Source: the human T2T-CHM13v2.0 reference genome, Homo sapiens. From it: a stretch of 64,000 bases of DNA. Shown in pieces: positions 56,401 to 64,000 of this stretch. The position numbers and the translations under genes are program-made. The stretch is taken from assembly GCF_009914755.1 (NCBI RefSeq), contig NC_060940.1. One strand, given 5' to 3'. Below the pieces are notes generated by a model. It saw only the letters and a list, made by a program, of their open reading frames with translations, was not told where the DNA came from and made no database searches. Position 1 is the stretch's first letter, and each line of letters begins with the position of its first letter.

Positions 56401-59400
56401 ACATATGGAATCGAGTGGAATCATCGAATGGACTCGAATGCAATCATCAGAGAATGGAATCAAATAGAAACATCAAATGGACTCGAATGGAATCATCATC
56501 GAATGGAATCGAATGGAATCATTGAATGGACTCGAATGGAATCATCATCGAATGTAATCAAAAGCAATTATCAAATGGATTTGAATAGAATCATCAAATG
56601 GACTCGAATGGAATCATCATTGAATGGCATCCAATGGAATCATCGAATGGACCCGAATGAAATCATCATTGAATGTAGTCAAACCGAATCATCGATTGGA
56701 ATTGAATGGAAACATCATCGAATGTAATAAAATGGAATCATCTAATGGACTCGAATGAAATAATTATCGAATGGAATCGAATGAAATCATTATCGAATGG
56801 AATCAAATGAAATCATCGAATGGATTCAAATGGATTCATCATCGAATGGAATCGAATTGAATGACTCTATGGACTCGAATGGAATCCTCATCTAATGGAA
56901 TTGAAAGGAATCATCTAATGGACTCGAAAGCAATCATCTAATACACTCAAAAGGAATCATCATAGAATGAAATTGAATGGAGTCACCGAATGGAGATGAA
57001 AGGAATCATCATCGAATAGAATCGAATGGAATCATTGAATGGACTCAAAAGGAATATCGTTGAATGGAATCAAAAGCCATCATTGAATGGACTGAAATGG
57101 AGTTATCGAATGGACTCGAATGAAATCACTGAATGGACTCGAATGGAATCATCATTGAATGGACTCAAATGGAATGATCAAATGGAATCGAATGGAATCA
57201 TGGATTGGAATCAAATGTAATTACTGAATGGGCTCGAATGGAATCATCTAATGGACACGAATGGAATCATTATGGAATGGAATGAAATGGAATAATCAAA
57301 TGGAATTGAATGGAATCATCGAATGGAATCGAACAAAATCCTCTTTGAATGGAATAAGATGGAATCACCAAATGGAATTGAACGCATTCATCATCGAATG
57401 GACTCAAATAGTATCATCATCAAATGGAATTGAATGCAATCATCAAATGGATTTGATTGGAATCATCATCGAATGGAATCTAATGGAATAATCGAATGAA
57501 CTAGAATGGAATCATCGAATGGAGTTGAATGGAATCATCATCAAATGAAATCAAATGGAATCACAGAATAACATCTAATGGAATCATCATCAAATGGAGT
57601 CGAATGGAATCAATGAATGGACTCGAACGGAAACATCATCGAATGAAATCGAACGGAATCATAGAATATCATCGAATGGAATCATCTTCTAATGGAGTTG
57701 AATGGAATCATCGAATGGACTTGAACGGAAAGTAATCAAATGGAATCTTCGAATGGACCCAAATGGAATCATCATCGAATGCAATTGAATGGAATCACCA
57801 TAGAATGGTATCGAATGTAACCACCATCGAATGAAATCGAATGTAATCATCATCGAATGGAATCGAATGGTATCATAGAATTGAATAGAATGGAATCATC
57901 ATAGAATGGAATGAAATAGAATCATTGAATGAAATCGAATGTCATCATCATCGAATGGCATCAAATGGTATCATCATCAAATGGAATCATCAAATGGAAT
58001 CTAATGGAATCATCATCAAATGAAATTGAAGGGAATCATCGAATGGCATTGAAAGGAATCATCATCCAATGGAATCAAATGGAATCATCAATCGGACTCG
58101 TTTGGAATCATCATCGAGTAGAATTGTGTGGAATCATCGAATGGACACGAATGGAATCATCATCGAATGGAATGAAATGGAATCATCATCAAATGGATTT
58201 GAATGGAATCATCATAGAATGGAATCGAATGGAATCATCTAATGGAATAGAAGGGAATCATCATCGAATGGAATCAAATAGAATCATCGAATGAAATCCC
58301 ATGGAATCATCATCGAATGGAATTGAATGGAATTATGATCGAATGGAATTGAATGGAATCATCATCACATGGAAACAAATGGAACCATCATGGAGTGGAA
58401 TCTAATGGAATCATCATCGAATGGAATCCAATGTGATCACTGAATTGAATGGAGTGATCATCAAATGGAATCAAAGGGAATCATCAAATTGGGTTGAAAG
58501 GAATCGGCGAAAGGAATCGAATGGAATCATCGAATGGATTTGAATGGAATCATCATCGAATGGAATCAAATGGAATCATCGAATGGACTCGAGTGGAATC
58601 ATCATTGAATGGAATCAAATGGAATCATTGAATGAACACGAATGGAATCATCATTGAATGGAATCCAATGGAATCATCGAATGGACTCAAATGGAAATAT
58701 CATCAAATGGAACCAAATGGAATCATTGAATGGCATCGAATAGAATCATCAAAGCATGGTATCTAAGGGAATAATAAAATGGACTCGAATGGAATCATCT
58801 AATGGACTCGAAAGGAATCATCATCGAATGGAATCAAATGGAATCATCAAATGGACTCGAATGGAATCATCTTCAAATGGAATCAGAAAATGGACTCGAA
58901 TGGAATCATCAACGAATGGAATCAGATGGAATCATCGAATGGCATCGAATGGAATCATAATGGAATGGAATGGAATAGAATCATTGAATGGCCTCAAATG
59001 GAGTCATGATTGATTGGAATCAAATGGAATCTTCGAGTGGACTCAATTGAAATCATCATCGAATTCAAGTGAATGGAATCATCGTCGAATGGAATAGAAG
59101 GGAATCATCATCGAATGGAATCGAATGGAATAATCATCAAATGGAATCAAATGGGATCATCATCGAATGGAATAGAATGGAATCGTCGAATGGAATAGAA
59201 TGGAATCGTCCAATGGAATAGAATGGAATGATCATTGAATGGGATCGAATGGAAACATCGAATGAAATTGAATGGAATCATCATCAAATGGAATAGAATG
59301 GAATCATCATCGAATGGAATCTAACGGATTCATCATCCAATGTAATTGAATGGAATCATCATCGAATGGATTCAAATTGAATCATCCAATGTAATAGAAT

Positions 59401-62400
59401 TGAATCTTCATAGAATGGAATCAAATGGAATCATAGAATGAAATCAAATGGAATCATCATCAAATGGAATCGAATGGAATTATCAATGAAAGGAATCGAA
59501 TGTAATCATAGAATGGAAGCCAATGTAATAATCATCATATTGAACTCAATGGAATCATTAAATGGAGCTAATGGAATCATTGAATGGACTCGAATGGAGT
59601 CATCATCAAATGGAATAGAATGGAATCATTCAATGGAATCAAATGCAATCATCATCGACTGAAATCAAATGTAATCATCGAATGGACTCGAATGTAATAA
59701 TCATCGAATGGACTCGAATGTAATCATCATCGAATGGAATCAAATGGAATCATCGAATGGACTCAAATGGAATCATCATCGAATGGACTCAAAAAGAATT
59801 ATCAAATGGACACGAATAGAATCATCATTGAATGGACTAAAATGGAATTATCAAATGGTCTCAAATGGAATCATGGATTTGACTCAAATGGAATTATCAA
59901 ATGGGCTCGAATGGAATCATCGAATGGACTTGAATGGAATCATTATCAAATGGAATAAAATGGAATCATCGAATGGAATAGAATGGAATCATCATACATA
60001 ATCGATCGCAATCATCATCGAATGGAATCAAATGTAATCATCAAATGGAATCAAATGCAGTCATCATCAAATGGAATCGAATGGAATCATCGTCGAATAG
60101 AATTGAATGGAATCATCAAATGGAATCGATTGGAATCATCCTCAAATGTAATTGAGTGGAATCATCAAATGGTATCCAATGGAATAATCGAATAGAATTG
60201 AATGGAATCAGCATCGAATGATATAGAAAGGAATCATAATTGAATAGAATAGAATGGAATCATTGAATAGAACCATCATCAAATGGCGTCAAATGGAAAC
60301 ATCAAATGGACTCGAATGGAATCATCATAGAATGGAATTGAATGGAATCATCGAGAGAAATCGTATTTATTCATCACTGAATGATATCAAGTAGTATCAT
60401 GGAATGCACTCAAATGGAATCATAAACGAATGGTATCAAATGGTATCATCGAATGTAATCGAATGGAGTCATCATCAGTTGGAATCAAAAGGAATCACCG
60501 AAAGGATTCAAATGGAATAATCATCGAAAGGAATCAAATCGAATCATTGAATTGAATCGAATGGAATCATCATCGAATGGCATTGATTGGAATCATCGAA
60601 TGGACTCGAATGGAATCATCATCATATGGAATCCAATAGAATCATCGAATGGAAGTGAATGGAGTCATCATTGAATGGCATCAAATGGAATCATCATCGA
60701 ATGGAATAGAAAAGAATCAACATCAAATGGAGTTGAAAGGAATCATCATTGAAAGGAATCCAAAGGAATCATCATCGAATGGAACTGAATGGAATCATCA
60801 TTGAATGGAACCGAAAGGAGTCATCATCGAATGGAATCGAATGGAATCATCATCAAATGGAATTGAATGGAATCATCGAATGGAATTGAATGGAATCATC
60901 ATCGAATGAATTGAATGGAATCATCGAATGATCTCAAATGGAATCATTATCAAATGGAATCGAATGGAATCACTGAATACAATTGAATGGAATAATCATT
61001 GAATGGACTCGAATGGAATTATCATCAAGTGGAATCGAATGGAATTATCAAATGAAATCGAATAGAATCATCAAATGCACTCGAATGGAATCATCAAATG
61101 CAATGAAATAGAATGGAATAATCAATGATCTCGAGTGGAATCATCATTGAATGGAATCGAATGGAATCATTGAGTGGAATCGAATGGAATCATGATCAAA
61201 TGGAATCATCATCGAATGGAATTGAAAAGAATCATCATCAATTGGAATTGAATGGAATCATCATCAAATGGAATCCAAAGGAATCATCATCGAATGTAAC
61301 CAAAAGGAATCATCATCGAATGGAAATGAAAGGAGTCATCATCGAATGGAATCGCATGGAATCATCATGGAATGGAATCGAATGGAATCATCATCAAATG
61401 GAATCTAATGGAATCATCGAATGGAATTGAATGGAATCGTCATTGAATGAATTGAATGGAATAATCGAATGGTCTCGAATGGAATCATCTTCAAATGGAA
61501 TCGAATGGAATAGAATTGAATCATCGTATAGAATCGAATGGAATTATCATCGAATGGACTCAAATGGAATCAACATCAAACGGAATCAAATGGAATTATC
61601 TACTGTAATTGAAGAGAATCATTGAATGCCTCAAATAGAATCATCGAATGGAATGGAATGGAATAATCCATGGACTCGAATGCAATCATCATCGAATGGA
61701 ATTGAATGGAATAATCAAATGGACTCGAATGGAATAATCATCAAATGGAATTGAATGGAACCATCATCAGATGGAAACGAATGGAATCATCATCAAATGG
61801 AATCGAATGGGATCATCAAATGGAATCAGATGGAATCATCATTGAATGGAATCGAATAGAGTTATGGAATGAAATCGAATGTCATCATCATCGAATGGAC
61901 TCGAATGGAATCATCATCCAATGGAAACTAATGGAAACAATATCGAATAGAATCGAATGAAACACCATCGAATTGAAATGAATGGAAATATCATGAAATT
62001 CAAATGGATGAACTCATCATCAAATGAGTTCGAATGGAATTATCGAATGGAATTGATTGGAATCATCATCAAATGGAATCGAATGGAATCATTGAATGGA
62101 ATCGAATGGAATCATCATCGGATGGAAACGAATCGAATCATCATAGAATGGAATCAAATGGATTCATTGAATGGAATCAGATGGAATCATTGAATGGACT
62201 TGAATGGAATCATCGAATGGACTCGAATGGAATCATTGAATGGAATTGAATGGAATCATCGAATGGTCTTGAATGGAATCATCATTGAATGGAATCTAAT
62301 TTAATCATCGAAAGGAATTGAATGGAATCATCATCGAATGGAATCAAGTAGAATTGGCATCGAATAGAATCGAATGGAATCATCACCAATGGAATCGAAT

Positions 62401-63934
62401 GGAATTTTCTTCAAATGGAATCGATTGGAAACATCATTGAATAGAATCGAATGGGATCATTGAATGAAACTGAAAGGAATCATCATCAAAACGAATCAAA
62501 ATAAAACAAAGAATGGAATCCAATGGAATCATCGAATGGAATCAAATGGAAACATCACTGAATGGACTCGAATGGAGTCATCATCGAATGGAATCAAATG
62601 GAATCATTTAATGGACTCCAATGGAATCATTGAATGGACTCGAATGGAATCATGGAATGGATTCTAATGTAATCATCATCGAATGAAATCAAATGGAATC
62701 ATCGAATGGAATTGAATGGAATCATCATTGAGTGGAATCGAATGAAATCATGGAATGCATTCGAATGGAATCATCGAATGGACTCAAATGGAACCAACAT
62801 TGAGTGGGATCGAAAGAAAACATCAAATGGAGTTGAATGGAAAAATCGAATGGAATCATCATCGAATGGAATAGAATGGAATCATCGAATGGACGTGAAA
62901 GGAATCATCACTGAATGTAATCCAATGGAATCATTGAATGTAATCCAATGGAATCATCATTGAATTGAATCGAATGGAATCATCATCGAATGGAATTGAA
63001 TGGAATCATCATCGAATGGAATCGAATGGAAGCAACATCAAATGGAATAGAATGGAATCATCAATGAATGGAATTGAATGGAGTAATCGAAAGGAGTCAT
63101 CGAATGGAGTCCGTTAGAATCATCATCGAATGGAACAGAATGCAGTCATCATCTAATGGAATCAAATGGAATCAAATGGAATCATCGAATGGACTTGATG
63201 GAATCTTCATCACATGGAATCGAATGTAATCATCGAATGGACTCAAATGGAATCACCATCAAATGGAATCGAATGGAATCTTTGAATGGAATCGAATGAA
63301 ATTATTTAATGGAATGGAATAGAATCATCATTGAATAGAATCGAATTGGACCATCATCGAATGGAATCTAATGAAATTATCATCGAATGGAATCTAGTGG
63401 AGTCATCATCTAATGGAATTGAATTGAATCAGCAAGGAATGGAATCAAATGGAGAAATCGAATGGAATCCGTTGGAATCATCATCGAATGGAACCGAATG
63501 CAGTCATCATAGAATGGAATCGAATGGAATCAATGAAGGGACTCGAATTGTGTCATCATTGAATGGAATCAGATGGAATCATTGAATTGACTCAAATGGA
63601 ATCATCGAGTGGACTCGAATGGAAACATCATCGTATGGAGTCAAAAGGAATCCTCGAATGGACTCTAATGGAATCATCATCGAATGCAATTGAATGGAAT
63701 CATCGAATGGACTCTAATGGAATCATCATCGAATGGAATCAAATGGAATCATCAAATGGACTTGAATGGAATCATTGAATGGACTCTAATGGAATCATCA
63801 TCAAATGGAATCGAGTGTAATCCTCGAATGGAATCAAATGGAATCATCAAAAGGAATCAAACAGATTTATAAGAAACTTACTTGAACCAACATATAGAAA
63901 AACAAACAAATCAAAACCCCCTAAAACTGTGATG

Positions 63935-64000
63935 AGCAAAGTAGACATCAGAACAGGAAATATCACTGGGAATGAAGAATAACATTTCAAAATGACAAAG
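63935..64000 (+). mobile_element. Degenerate old LINE-1 (L1M-like) ORF2 endonuclease-domain fragment, cut by the window edge
   Basis: 63935-64000 translates as SKVDIRTGNITGNEE*HFKMTK, resembling the L1 ORF2 EN segment DKTDFKPTKIKRDKEGHYIMVK. It has an in-frame stop and an A-rich sense strand. Only 66 bp are visible; 63866-63934 may belong to the same element. Confidence 0.6.

Larger units (their letters stand above)
30257..63865 (+). repeat. Human Satellite II (HSat2/HSATII) array, diverged, right arm (same orientation as left arm)
   Basis: The same 23/26-bp GAATGGAATC(ATC)n units resume right after alpha ...cacagagttgaa and continue to ...aaggaatcaaacaga at ~63865. Confidence 0.95.

Noticed and set aside
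1-63865. HSat3 classification or a specific chromosome/species assignment
   Set aside because: Pure (GGAAT)n runs are short and ATC-spaced 23/26-bp units dominate, which indicates HSat2. Chromosome and species cannot be fixed without a database search.
8-63872. Hundreds of short ORFs with MESSSNGIEWNHHR-type repeats (longest 169 aa, 30408-30917)
   Set aside because: They are translations of the 23/26-bp satellite units cycling through frames. They overlap in all frames, end at random stops (many from CpG decay) and show no domain or gene structure.

Overview
The window is non-coding primate (human or great-ape type) pericentromeric satellite DNA. About 94% is a diverged Human Satellite II (HSat2/HSATII) array built from 23/26-bp units (GAATGGAATC-ATC(ATC)-GAATGGAA/CTC), all on the GAATG strand and heavily CpG-decayed. 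A 3.75-kb island of dimeric A/B alpha satellite (SF2-like, D1/D2-type monomers) interrupts it at ~26.5-30.3 kb. The island holds exactly 11 dimers, has only 2 of 11 CENP-B boxes intact, and its two ends lie in the same monomer register. The HSat2 is a patchwork of multi-kb diverged paralogous blocks plus small recent tandem duplications. The array ends at ~63865 against non-satellite sequence resembling a degenerate old LINE-1 ORF2 endonuclease fragment. All listed ORFs are repeat-translation artefacts. I see no gene, RNA gene or novel protein-coding system; the most interesting signal is the architecture of the alpha island. Coordinates and offsets were read by eye and are approximate unless stated.
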